A stretch of DNA of 64,000 bases, from contig JAHFMX010000006.1 in the NCBI GenBank assembly GCA_023267635.1, positions 1,940-65,939 of the forward strand, in the 5' to 3' direction. Below are positions 1-9,581 of this stretch, in pieces. This DNA is from a bacterium (GTDB taxonomy: Bacteria > Patescibacteriota > Minisyncoccia > Phycocordibacterales > UBA5272). The notes under the pieces were generated by a model, which was not told the DNA's origin, did no database searches, and saw only the letters and a list, made by a program, of their open reading frames with translations. The position numbers and the translations under genes are program-made. How positions within the stretch are numbered: position 1 is the stretch's first letter; every line of letters begins with the position of its first letter.

Positions 1-69
1 TGTTTGGCGTTGCTCAATTCTAATTCCAATGAGTCAAACATTAACTGACACAATCATGGAGTTAAAATT

Positions 70-681
70 ATGAGATCAATAACAAACGTTTACACGATAA
101 CAGCTACCGATGATGATGGTATCTGCTTATCTCAAACTCCCGGTGGAGCGGGGGCACTCACTATAAATGGTGCCCTCCTTGCTGGGATACCTACAGCACA
201 GCACGTAACCATAGCCTGTGCTGGTAATGAGACTGCAAGAACCTTCACCATAACAGGTCTTGGATTAAATGGGCAGACTAGAACTGAAGTAGTAACAGGT
301 GTTAACGCTGCAACAGCAACAAGCCTACGTAACTTTTCTATTGTAACTTCTGTTGTAGTTGATGCTGCAACAGCGGGCGCAATTAAAGTTGGGTTTGTGC
401 AAACTGCTGAACTGGTCTGGATGCCTTTAAATCATTATGCTCAGGGTATTAACTATGGCTGGATGGTTACTGTAACTACTGCTACATATTCGATTGAAGG
501 CACACATAGCGACATACAAGACTCAACAGTCACGGCATTACCATTTACTATTAGCCCAGCCGCTACTGCTACAGCAGCAGGCTACTCTACAGTACCTTGT
601 AGAGCTGTGAGGGTGAATCTTACAGCCTGGACTTCCGGTACAGTGACTGTACAGCTCACTCAAGCTGATGGTGCAAAATGA
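70..681 (+). CDS. virion structural-module protein, function unknown (Thr/Ala-rich, probably beta-rich)
   Basis: Long ORF with GGAG Shine-Dalgarno 8 nt upstream; first gene of a co-oriented tightly packed structural block; no recognisable catalytic motif. Confidence 0.4.
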   Translation: MRSITNVYTITATDDDGICLSQTPGGAGALTINGALLAGIPTAQHVTIACAGNETARTFTITGLGLNGQTRTEVVTGVNAATATSLRNFSIVTSVVVDAATAGAIKVGFVQTAELVWMPLNHYAQGINYGWMVTVTTATYSIEGTHSDIQDSTVTALPFTISPAATATAAGYSTVPCRAVRVNLTAWTSGTVTVQLTQADGAK

Positions 682-1403
682 GAGTTAGAGACTTAGTTTC
701 GATAGTCAGGGAAGATTATTTGAATGATGTTAAGGCTCAGAAGTATCTGCACAGTGACGCTTCTTTGCTTCGTAAATTCTCTGAGGCAGAGAAGCAAGCA
801 TGTAGCCGTGCAGACCTGATATTCGACAGCACAACCTCGGAGTTCTCAAGGATAACTCTTGTATCCGGGGTGTCTGCTTACAACTTCAGTAACAAGGTTA
901 TAAGCATTGGTGATGTTGTGTATGCCAGTAAGGTTTTGGTTAAGAGGTCACGTGATGGTCTTGATAGGGATTTTCCATTTTGGCGAACCGATGCAGGTTT
1001 AACCAACTTTGATATTTCTTACTCCATTTCTGGAAGAACAATCCAGCTTAACCGAATACCTGCTGATGTAGAAGCTGGGACGTATCTTTACCTAGAAATC
1101 TACCGGCTCCCTTCAGTATCATTGCAAGACCTTAATCAGGAGTTTGAGATTCCTGAAGAACATCAAAGGTCATTGATTTACTGGGTTCTGCATGAGTGCT
1201 ATAAGAAACAGGACTCAGATATATTTGATCAGGAGAAAGCTGACTATTTTCTGGCAAGATTTACACAAGAATTTGGTAGGCCAATTTCTGCAATACAAAG
1301 ACAACATAACTTAGAATCTACAGCTACATGTCAGATATTTCCTGAGACATCAAGAATCAGAAGAATGCGTGTTACAGCTGAAGATAATCCTAATGAATGG
1401 TGA
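678..1403 (+). CDS. hypothetical structural-module protein
   Basis: ORF with ATGA start/stop overlap with upstream gene (translational coupling). Confidence 0.4.
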   Translation: MRVRDLVSIVREDYLNDVKAQKYLHSDASLLRKFSEAEKQACSRADLIFDSTTSEFSRITLVSGVSAYNFSNKVISIGDVVYASKVLVKRSRDGLDRDFPFWRTDAGLTNFDISYSISGRTIQLNRIPADVEAGTYLYLEIYRLPSVSLQDLNQEFEIPEEHQRSLIYWVLHECYKKQDSDIFDQEKADYFLARFTQEFGRPISAIQRQHNLESTATCQIFPETSRIRRMRVTAEDNPNEW

Positions 1404-1409
1404 GGTGCT

Positions 1410-1691
1410 ATGACAAGAGGGAATAGAGGTAATGATTGTGAACCTCCTTCAATTGATGACTTAACAGGAATTGATGGGCAATCATATTGTACATACGTAG
1501 CCATCCTGAATGAAAGATTGACAAATGTTATCCGAATACAAAATGAGCAATTGACCACAAGTAGGCTGATGCTGAAAAAATTAGAACAAGTGACAACTTT
1601 TCAGAATAGATTAATCGGGTACTCTGTTTCTGTAAGTGTAGTTATAAGCTTGCTGTGGGATTATGGAACGAAGTACCTCAAAGGCATTTAA
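1410..1691 (+). CDS. small coiled-coil protein with C-terminal hydrophobic segment (paralog 1)
   Basis: Shares motif TTFQNRLIGYSVSVSVVISLL with the next ORF (LVNFQNRAIGASMAASAILTAL); predicted helix plus one C-terminal TM-like segment. Confidence 0.4.
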   Translation: MTRGNRGNDCEPPSIDDLTGIDGQSYCTYVAILNERLTNVIRIQNEQLTTSRLMLKKLEQVTTFQNRLIGYSVSVSVVISLLWDYGTKYLKGI

Positions 1692-1887
1692 TGCTCAAGT
1701 TTTTACTGGCATACTTTCTGAAAGGATAAAGTACCTGGAGTCTGAGTTGGCTAGATGTAAAGAAGAGATCATAGAGCTAAACAGGAAAATTGAAGAGTTA
1801 GTAAATTTCCAAAATAGGGCTATTGGGGCTTCTATGGCGGCAAGTGCTATTTTAACAGCACTACTGAAATATTTTTTTAATGTGTAA
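1663..1887 (+). CDS. small coiled-coil protein with C-terminal hydrophobic segment (paralog 2)
   Basis: Paralogous to 1410-1691 (FQNR-IG-S motif plus hydrophobic tail); overlaps it by 29 nt in another frame. Confidence 0.35.
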   Translation: MERSTSKAFNAQVFTGILSERIKYLESELARCKEEIIELNRKIEELVNFQNRAIGASMAASAILTALLKYFFNV

Positions 1888-1908
1888 TAAAATAGTCGGG
1901 AGGCTATC

Positions 1909-2325
1909 ATGGCTAATGCAATTTACCCAAAGTGGAAAGAAACAATAATGAAGGCTGAGGCCAATAGTGAACTTGACTCCGCAACAGGAGCTACAGGTGT
2001 CTATGTTGCTTTAGTTGATACAGGTACTTATACCTATTCTTCAGCACATCAATTTTACAGCTCATTGTCCGGTGTTGTCGGTACGGATCAAGAAATTCTA
2101 ACCAAGACACAAACAAGTGGTGTTTTCGATGGTGACAATGTGACTTTCCCTGCTGTTACTGGTGCTACTGTTGAAGCTCTGGTTATCTACCGTAAAAATG
2201 GTGGTGCAAACACCACATGGCCATTGATAGCTTATATAGACACTTCAGTAACTGGATTGCCAGTAACACCTAATGGTGGTGACATTGGTATTACCTGGAA
2301 TGCTTCCGGTATCTTTGCTTTATAA
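1909..2325 (+). CDS. hypothetical virion protein
   Basis: ORF with GGGAGG SD; position in structural block. Confidence 0.4.
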   Translation: MANAIYPKWKETIMKAEANSELDSATGATGVYVALVDTGTYTYSSAHQFYSSLSGVVGTDQEILTKTQTSGVFDGDNVTFPAVTGATVEALVIYRKNGGANTTWPLIAYIDTSVTGLPVTPNGGDIGITWNASGIFAL

Positions 2326-2328
2326 GCC

Positions 2329-4644
2329 ATGACTACCTGGTTTATTGACCCATTAAATGGGACAAACTCGGATGCCAGTGCAGGAAATGGTGATAGCTTC
2401 GCAACTAGAAGGAAGAGTATAAGTAACATAGTTGCTGCTGCTTCAGCTCCTGGGGACACTGTTAAAATCATGGGGAGCCCTGATGCAACGAGCTTAGGTG
2501 TTACTGGTGTCTGGACAGAAGGACCTCCAACTTCTGGAGTTGCTATAACAAGTGCCTCTAATGCTACACCTATAGTAGTTACTCAAGCAAGCCACCCTTT
2601 TGTAAATGGTGATACAGTCTTCATTGCTAATGTTGGTGGCAACACCAACGCTAATGGTCTATGGGATGTAGCTAATAAGACCAGCACTACGTTTGAGCTC
2701 AAGAATCCTGATGGAACAAACTCAGTGGGTAACGGATCATCCAGTGGTGGAAACTCTCAGCTAGTTAATTCTCTTCGTGTTAAGTTAGCTTCAGCCGTGA
2801 CTAAAACTATTTGTCTGACTGGTAACAAGGGAACAAAAACTAACTGGACTGCTTCAGCTAATGTGACTTGTACTGTTGACACTTCCGATTGGAAAGAAGG
2901 TCAAGAGTGCCAAAAAATTGATATTGCTGCGGGGTTCACTACAGGGCTTGCTGCATATATCCCTTTAGCAGGTGCTACGGATTTTAGTGCCTACCAACAA
3001 ATTACTTTCTGGATCAAACAGACTTCAGGGACTATAGGAGCAACGGGGGACATTCAGATTAAACTTTGTTCTGATGCTGTGGGGGCTACTCCGGTAGACA
3101 CGTTTAATATCACGACAGTAGGTGTTTTGAACTACTGGATGCCTATCACAATAGATAAAGGCTCAGCTCTTGGTGCTTCTATCCAATCAGTCTCATTTAA
3201 TGTAGTGACAGACAATGGTGCACAGATATTTTTTATAGACAACATGCAAGCGTGTAAGGCTAGCTCTTCTGCTGATAGCTTGACGCTTAACAGTCTCATA
3301 GGTAAGGCAAATACTGGTGGTAGGTTTTATGGTCTGTGCTCTATAAATAATAATTTGATATTTTTAGGTCAGGATAACAATCAAAGAGTAGTCTACAACA
3401 ACACTCCTAGGGGGTACTACACAGTTGGTGGAAGTGGTACTGTAACAACCTATAAACGGGAGTGCTTCAAGACAACCCCCGCCACATCCCTTGGAGGCTT
3501 TGTCCAAGAGGTGAAGGAGGCAGGAACTTCAGGCAACCTTATTAACTACTCAGGTGGTTGGAACACAACCGATATGACTACACAAACGATGGAGACGTGG
3601 TTTGATGGGCAAAATAATAACGGTTACGGCATCTATCTCGGATCACTTGACTATATAGGTATGAGTAAGATTGGCTTTGTCAGGTACTACACACTAAATC
3701 TAGCTTCAAATTTTAGTGTTTTCTCTTTACTAGCTTCATCGAACAATCTTATCGGCATTTTAGGAACTTCCTTCAATAGGGGCTCCTTCACAATAGATGC
3801 TTGTAATAATCACCAGCAATCAGGGATTAATTTAGGTAATCAGAATAGTATTACTGTTGGTGAAGCTAATGGGAGTTTGACTTTTGGGCTAGCCATAGCA
3901 GAAAATAATAAGTTAACAGCCACTGATATTTGTGGAAATGTAAGTTATGGGATTAGTAGCAATGGGGCTAATAAAAATACTTACTATGTAACAAATATAA
4001 AAAATAATTCTGCAGCTGGGATTCTTTTTCAGAACTCTGATGGGCATCTTGTTGTTGGGGCAACAATTGAAGGCAATGCTTCTTATGGTATTTTGTATGC
4101 AGGTACCTATCATAAAGCCTATCTTAGAAACTGTATTATAAACCAAGCTACTGAAGTTAGTGGCACAGCACAAACATATAGTGGGGATGGTGGTATTTAT
4201 TCTCAAAAGCATGATCAGACCTTAAACAACCACTATAATTTTTTGAATAACGGCATTATTCAATCAGAAGCTTCTGTGAGGCATACAGCATCTGGGATTT
4301 CCTGGAAGGTTTCCCCAACATCTACAGCCTATGTTTTTGATGCCTTCCCATTCATACTACCAGTAGCTAAAGTTGCTTGTAATGCTAGTGCCTTAGTTAC
4401 AGTTAAGCTTTGGATGCGTAGAACTAACACGGGATTGACCGCAAGGCTTGTTTGTAAAGGTAAACAAATTGCTGGGGTTGATGCTGATGTTACTTCAGCA
4501 ATGACAGTGGCTGCTGATACCTGGGAAGAAATTACTATAACTTTCACACCTTCTGAAGTTGGTGTAGTTGAAATTACTGCTGAATGCTTTGGAGGAACAA
4601 CATACAGTTTGTATGTTGATGATTTAACAATAACACAGGCATAA
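2329..4644 (+). CDS. tail spike / tail fibre protein with right-handed parallel beta-helix (pectate-lyase-like) repeats
   Basis: 771 aa. The central region shows tandem N/G/S/T-rich ~22-aa turns (e.g. NNLIGILGTSFNRGSF, GNVSYGISSNGANKNTYYVTN, GNASYGILYAGTYHKAYL), typical of beta-helix tailspikes. Confidence 0.5.
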   Translation: MTTWFIDPLNGTNSDASAGNGDSFATRRKSISNIVAAASAPGDTVKIMGSPDATSLGVTGVWTEGPPTSGVAITSASNATPIVVTQASHPFVNGDTVFIANVGGNTNANGLWDVANKTSTTFELKNPDGTNSVGNGSSSGGNSQLVNSLRVKLASAVTKTICLTGNKGTKTNWTASANVTCTVDTSDWKEGQECQKIDIAAGFTTGLAAYIPLAGATDFSAYQQITFWIKQTSGTIGATGDIQIKLCSDAVGATPVDTFNITTVGVLNYWMPITIDKGSALGASIQSVSFNVVTDNGAQIFFIDNMQACKASSSADSLTLNSLIGKANTGGRFYGLCSINNNLIFLGQDNNQRVVYNNTPRGYYTVGGSGTVTTYKRECFKTTPATSLGGFVQEVKEAGTSGNLINYSGGWNTTDMTTQTMETWFDGQNNNGYGIYLGSLDYIGMSKIGFVRYYTLNLASNFSVFSLLASSNNLIGILGTSFNRGSFTIDACNNHQQSGINLGNQNSITVGEANGSLTFGLAIAENNKLTATDICGNVSYGISSNGANKNTYYVTNIKNNSAAGILFQNSDGHLVVGATIEGNASYGILYAGTYHKAYLRNCIINQATEVSGTAQTYSGDGGIYSQKHDQTLNNHYNFLNNGIIQSEASVRHTASGISWKVSPTSTAYVFDAFPFILPVAKVACNASALVTVKLWMRRTNTGLTARLVCKGKQIAGVDADVTSAMTVAADTWEEITITFTPSEVGVVEITAECFGGTTYSLYVDDLTITQA

Positions 4645-4647
4645 GAA

Positions 4648-5913
4648 ATGGCCTTACCTACTGCTTCAGATTTAGTAACTCTGAACTTCTCCTACGATGG
4701 CTACCCTTGCTGTGATATTTCTCTTACTACTCCACAGTCTACTAGCCTGGATGTTTCTTTTAAAGCACTTCCATTTGTAGGAGCTCAGGGAGGTACATTT
4801 GCACAGACCTTAAACCCAAGCCTATTTACCAACACTAGTACGTTCTATGTCCCTACAGTGTCTGGTGGAGAAGTAACTCTTACACCAAGTTTCTTCACTA
4901 ATGCTAATACAACTTATACAGCATTTGTTAGCCATAATGTTAATGCTGGTCTATTTAGCAATACCAACACATTCTATTCTGCAACTGTTATTGATGTCGG
5001 AGTACAGCTTCACCCGGATTTGTTCTCTGGCACTAGCACGTTCTATGATGCAACAATAACTTTTGGTGCAGTAACGCTCACACCAAGCTTATTTAGCAAC
5101 ATCAACACGTTTTATGCAGACATCATAGTCAAGTACCTTAGCCCTGATCTGGAAGTTAATACAAATAACTTTTTTGGGGGCTCTGTATCGAAGTCTGTTG
5201 CACCTTCTTTATTTAACAACATTAATACTGTTTATGCCCATACAGTAACCCCTGGATCGGTGACGCTTGCCACAAGCCTATTTAGTAGCACAAACACATT
5301 TTACACGCATACATTAGTTGCAGGCAAGGTGCCGCTGCTTCCAAGCTTATTAACTAATGCAAACAGTTTTTATTCTCCTGCTGTAGCAGGTGTAGTAGCT
5401 TATATCTACCCTGATTTACTTTTAAATAGTGCCATATTTTACTCAGCTAAAATATCACTAAGCCTTCTCCCAAGCTTATTAACAAACAGCAATACATTCT
5501 ACACCGGAGAAGTACATACTGGGTTTGTAGGGCTTTTCCCAAGTATATCTATAAATACCAGCACGTTCTACGTGCCTACAGTAGCCCCTGGAGCAATAAC
5601 TCTTACACCCAGCCTCTATGCAGACCTTGACACGTTTAATGCAGCTACAGTCACACGTGGGTCTGTGGTACTTAATCCTGGGCTTATAACTAATAGCAGT
5701 GTGATATTTTCTCCGGCTGTGTCGTTATCATTGAAGCCAAGTTTATTTGCAAACACTAATCTGTTTTATAGTGGCTCTATTGCTACCGGAGCAGTTTCAT
5801 TATTTCCGGGGCTTTTTACTAACACAAATACGTTCTTTGAGCCACAAGGCTTTCACTTTGCATCAAGAACACCAAAGCAGCGCAAGGTATTTGTACCTAT
5901 GGGAGGCTTTTAA
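4648..5913 (+). CDS. virion protein built from ~16 tandem ~21-24-aa repeats (consensus PSLFTNTNTFY-x-TV-x-G-x-VTL)
   Basis: Periodicity directly visible in the translation (PSLFSNINTFYADIIV, PSLLTNANSFYSPAVAG, PSLFANTNLFYSGSIATG and so on); beta-solenoid or fibre-like. Confidence 0.55.
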   Translation: MALPTASDLVTLNFSYDGYPCCDISLTTPQSTSLDVSFKALPFVGAQGGTFAQTLNPSLFTNTSTFYVPTVSGGEVTLTPSFFTNANTTYTAFVSHNVNAGLFSNTNTFYSATVIDVGVQLHPDLFSGTSTFYDATITFGAVTLTPSLFSNINTFYADIIVKYLSPDLEVNTNNFFGGSVSKSVAPSLFNNINTVYAHTVTPGSVTLATSLFSSTNTFYTHTLVAGKVPLLPSLLTNANSFYSPAVAGVVAYIYPDLLLNSAIFYSAKISLSLLPSLLTNSNTFYTGEVHTGFVGLFPSISINTSTFYVPTVAPGAITLTPSLYADLDTFNAATVTRGSVVLNPGLITNSSVIFSPAVSLSLKPSLFANTNLFYSGSIATGAVSLFPGLFTNTNTFFEPQGFHFASRTPKQRKVFVPMGGF

Positions 5914-6105
5914 ATGACTAACCTACTACCAAGCCTATTTGTGAACATTAATACCTTTTCTGTTACATCCAGTAGCACTTCAGGCACTTATGTCTCTAAT
6001 TATGGGGGCTTAGTTTATAGGGAAGACAGAGTGGTTTATAATGCTCAAAAAAGGAAGAGTGTTACACTTTTTCGTAGAGACAAGCACATCTTCATTGAAC
6101 AATAG
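5914..6105 (+). CDS. small ORF whose N-terminus carries one more copy of the same repeat (LLPSLFVNINTF)
   Basis: Starts 1 nt after the TAA of the previous gene, in the same frame, with its own GGGAGG SD 8 nt upstream. Confidence 0.35.
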   Translation: MTNLLPSLFVNINTFSVTSSSTSGTYVSNYGGLVYREDRVVYNAQKRKSVTLFRRDKHIFIEQ

Positions 6106-6113
6106 GAGCTACT

Positions 6114-6629
6114 ATGTTTTATAGCGATTTTGAAAAGAAATTACACATCCCAGGGTTTCATGACCCCAATGACATTCGCCCTATGGGGTGGTTATTCAAG
6201 CCCCCAATTTGGATAGCTGCCACAACTTACTCAAAATCAGATGAAGAAAACTTTGAGATAGTCATACCTTCAGTATTTTCTGGCCTTTATTTCTTCGTAA
6301 GAAACCCAGGAAAGTCCGGCGCAACTGAACCCACATGGGTTAGGAAGGAAGGAAAACTTACAGAGGATGGCACTTTAGGCTTGATCTGGGAAGCTAAGAA
6401 CTACAATCTTATGCCGGTGAACGAGTATATTGTTGCTGTCACTTATATCACTACAAACAGCGTCACAGTCTCTTCAACCTCATTTACCACAGGCTCTTCT
6501 GATTTTGTAATTGATGTGTTGCCAGTTGCAGCGGTGACTGCCGGAGAATTTGAGATCACTACCAGAGTGACTAAAAACACAGGTGCCAAGTTTGATGCCA
6601 CTATGGTCTTCAAAGTTGGGGAGCGTTAA
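6114..6629 (+). CDS. hypothetical virion protein
   Basis: ORF with AGGAG SD in structural block. Confidence 0.4.
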   Translation: MFYSDFEKKLHIPGFHDPNDIRPMGWLFKPPIWIAATTYSKSDEENFEIVIPSVFSGLYFFVRNPGKSGATEPTWVRKEGKLTEDGTLGLIWEAKNYNLMPVNEYIVAVTYITTNSVTVSSTSFTTGSSDFVIDVLPVAAVTAGEFEITTRVTKNTGAKFDATMVFKVGER

Positions 6630-6632
6630 GAC

Positions 6633-7886
6633 ATGGCTAAGCCTAACTTGAGAAATTTCAGTGTAGGCCCTTTCAAAGGGATGAACAATAGACTCCCTAG
6701 AAGAGACATGCCTGCTGATGTGCTAGCTAATGCTGTGAATGTTTTAGTTGATAACTCAGGCAAGGCGATCTTTCCGGCTATTGGCAAGACTCAAGTTTAT
6801 AGTGGTACCAACGTTCACTCTATCAAAGAGTTCCTTGACGTTACATTGTTTGTTGACAATGGAATTCTCAAGAAGCTTAATTCTAATTACACAGCAACTA
6901 CTATTTTAGCCGGTGTTGGGTCTTCTCCTATGTTCTATGAAGAACTGGGGGATCATGTTTATTTCTCCAACTCAATCTTGATGGGGCGCTACTCAAAGAC
7001 CCTACAAATCTATGAGCCCTGGGGTATAGATCGCCCAGCCTTTCAGCCATCTTGTGAGGCATCATCTTTCGGTGGGCTCCCAGCAGGGGAGTATAGGGTT
7101 GCAATAACATGGGTTGGTGCTTGGGAAAGTGGCACTACTACAGGAAGGAAAGTGGCCTTGCTTGATGGCCAAGGAATAAGACTCTACAACTTCCCGACAC
7201 CACCGTCTAATGCTGAGGTTATGCGGGTCTATGTAACTGCCACAAACTCAAAAGAGTATTATCTTTTTTGGGAGTATCCGGTAGGGGCAACAGACATAAC
7301 AATCACAAAGCTAAACCCCCAAGGAGTTGTCCCAACAATCCCTTTGAAGACTATGTACCACTACACTCCTTTAGTCAGGGGAAAGTTTGTTGTTCACAGT
7401 GGCAGGATTTATTATACTCGGAAGAATCGGGTGTTTTTTACGGAGCCAAAGAATTATGGTCTGGCTAAGCCCCTGCAATACTGGACTTTTGATGGTGAGA
7501 TTAAAGCTCTTTATTCGATACCCCCATTATTGTTTGTGCATACCGACAAGACCCTCTACCAGATTACTAACATTGATTTAGATGGTGCACCAGTAATAAG
7601 GAAGTCTGTAAGCTACGGAGCTACACCTAATACTGAAGTTCCTGATCAAACTATTGATGCAGGTTACACGTTCACCAAGCACGGGTTCCTTATGGTAGAC
7701 AACCAAGGAAGCTCAAAGGAGCTCAGCTATAAGGACAATGCTCTTCCTTTATTCTCTAAAGGCACTATGAGCATTGTCGAAAAAGATGGTATGAAGTTTT
7801 TATTGTTTTTCGGTAGAGGGGGTACTCAAAACCCGCTTGCTGATAAAGAGTATAATTCAACAGAACTGGCTCGCGGGAGCCTCTAA
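6633..7886 (+). CDS. hypothetical virion/tail protein
   Basis: 417-aa ORF tightly coupled to flanking genes. Confidence 0.45.
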   Translation: MAKPNLRNFSVGPFKGMNNRLPRRDMPADVLANAVNVLVDNSGKAIFPAIGKTQVYSGTNVHSIKEFLDVTLFVDNGILKKLNSNYTATTILAGVGSSPMFYEELGDHVYFSNSILMGRYSKTLQIYEPWGIDRPAFQPSCEASSFGGLPAGEYRVAITWVGAWESGTTTGRKVALLDGQGIRLYNFPTPPSNAEVMRVYVTATNSKEYYLFWEYPVGATDITITKLNPQGVVPTIPLKTMYHYTPLVRGKFVVHSGRIYYTRKNRVFFTEPKNYGLAKPLQYWTFDGEIKALYSIPPLLFVHTDKTLYQITNIDLDGAPVIRKSVSYGATPNTEVPDQTIDAGYTFTKHGFLMVDNQGSSKELSYKDNALPLFSKGTMSIVEKDGMKFLLFFGRGGTQNPLADKEYNSTELARGSL

Positions 7887-7910
7887 TTTTTATTTTAATA
7901 GGTAACTAAA

Positions 7911-8711
7911 ATGGCACATAATCCTAACATGGCTAATTTGGTAATGTACTACTCAGGTGGAGGCTCTAATAGTGTTACTACAGCTTCAATTGGTGGTGCA
8001 ATATCTTCGGCAAGGGTAACTTCACAAACAGCAACAGCATTAACTACGTTAACCGGAGTCACCATTGATGATGCTATGGGTAACGGAGAAGGCGACGGAA
8101 CTTTGTCTTTTGCTTCAGCAACCAAGACTTTAACATGGCAGCCTCAAAATGGTAGTGCCGGAACCCCGGTAACCATAACAGAAAGTGGTACATGGTTTAT
8201 CCAGGGTTACAACAATGGGGTCAATAACGGTGGTGCCCTATGTGTGACTGTTGTTTACGCAAGCTTGCCAACAGTCAACATTAGTAATACAGTTACTATT
8301 GCAAACAGAACTGAAAAGATGTTCTTAAACTTGACGGAAGATGAGACCAATACCGGCGTAACCAAGTACCATTGTTTCGCATTGAAAAACACACATGCCA
8401 CTAAAAAGATAGTGGACATTAAGATGTGGGTTAGTAAGAATCGTGAGGGTGCAGCTGAGTCTCTTTACCTTGATCCTTTGGCGGCCAGTAATGGTGCGGT
8501 AGGCCCGACTGCGGTGGCTAATGAAAATACAGCACCTGCTGGTAGTACGTTCGTTGTTCCAACATCATCCACTGATGCAGCAGTTCTTAGTTTCGGTACT
8601 TTGTTAGCCGGTGAAGTCAGGTTCTTCTGGCGTAAAGAGGCAACACCAGCTGGGCTTGATACTGCAGTTACAGCTAACACGTTTGTTGCTAGCATTTCAA
8701 TGAGGGGTTAG
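7911..8711 (+). CDS. hypothetical virion protein
   Basis: 266-aa ORF, T/A/G-rich. Confidence 0.45.
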   Translation: MAHNPNMANLVMYYSGGGSNSVTTASIGGAISSARVTSQTATALTTLTGVTIDDAMGNGEGDGTLSFASATKTLTWQPQNGSAGTPVTITESGTWFIQGYNNGVNNGGALCVTVVYASLPTVNISNTVTIANRTEKMFLNLTEDETNTGVTKYHCFALKNTHATKKIVDIKMWVSKNREGAAESLYLDPLAASNGAVGPTAVANENTAPAGSTFVVPTSSTDAAVLSFGTLLAGEVRFFWRKEATPAGLDTAVTANTFVASISMRG

Positions 8712-8713
8712 TC

Positions 8714-9145
8714 ATGGCACTTTATAGTTTATCTTTGATCTCAACGGTTACAACCAACAACGCGCCCGCATGGGGGTTCTTGGCCTCCTCAGATCAAAGC
8801 CCAAAGATTTATGAAATTCACTTAGACATAGGTGCAGCTACAGCTTCAACTTATGGATTGGGTAGAGCAGCTGCAGCAGGCACGCAGACATCTTCAGTAG
8901 CGGTTCTCCCTAATGGACCAGCCGATGCTACAACTAATAAATCTACTTGTGCTAGCACATGGTCTGCAGCTCCTACTATCCCGGCACAGTTCCTTAGACG
9001 CAAATATTTACCGGCTACGATAGGCTCAGGTGTTATCTGGACGTTCCCCGGTGGTCTTGGTGTTGCTGCTTCTTCTGAACTGGTGGTCTGGAACCTTAAC
9101 ACCAATTCAGCTTCTTTGCATGTAACTGTTGTTTCTGAGGAGTAG
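8714..9145 (+). CDS. hypothetical virion protein
   Basis: ORF coupled to upstream gene. Confidence 0.4.
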   Translation: MALYSLSLISTVTTNNAPAWGFLASSDQSPKIYEIHLDIGAATASTYGLGRAAAAGTQTSSVAVLPNGPADATTNKSTCASTWSAAPTIPAQFLRRKYLPATIGSGVIWTFPGGLGVAASSELVVWNLNTNSASLHVTVVSEE

Positions 9146-9148
9146 TAC

Positions 9149-9373
9149 ATGGAAATTAAATTACCTGGCTTTATTTTGAGGTTGTATACTGAGCTTGCTG
9201 ACTTGCAAGAAAAGCAAAGGAAGCTCTTAAACTTTGTGGTCTCCCATGAGTATGACAGCCTTTCTGAAATCGAGAGACAAATTTTGGATAAAAGAGTTGT
9301 GATAATTCAGGACTACATAAATAACATTGGTGAAAGCTTGTTTGTTTTCAGTAAGGAAAGGCATCATGCCTGA
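9149..9373 (+). CDS. small hypothetical protein
   Basis: ORF in structural block. Confidence 0.3.
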   Translation: MEIKLPGFILRLYTELADLQEKQRKLLNFVVSHEYDSLSEIERQILDKRVVIIQDYINNIGESLFVFSKERHHA

Positions 9374-9572
9374 TACCAGAACTGTAGCTTACCTACAGAT
9401 TGAGATAAAAGAGTCAGGGGCGCTTTCTGTGGCTGGTAGCATTGACAATGAAGCGTATGCTATTGCCGCACTTCAAGCGGCTATTGATGCTGTGCGTTCA
9501 CATCACAGCCATAAACAGACTCTTATTATCCCAGGGTACGACACAGATGTGAACAAGCTTAGAACTAACTAG
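9366..9572 (+). CDS. small hypothetical protein (start trimmed to internal ATG with GGAAAGG SD)
   Basis: ORF 9327-9572; the internal ATG at 9366 avoids a long overlap. Confidence 0.3.
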   Translation: MPDTRTVAYLQIEIKESGALSVAGSIDNEAYAIAALQAAIDAVRSHHSHKQTLIIPGYDTDVNKLRTN

Positions 9573-9581
9573 GTAAGCTAA

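Noticed and set aside
5911-5916. Possible programmed stop-codon readthrough joining 4648-5913 to 5914-6105 (same frame, repeat continues)
   Set aside because: The downstream ORF has its own strong GGGAGG SD and ATG immediately after the stop, so independent initiation is the simpler reading. It is kept only as a note within a finding
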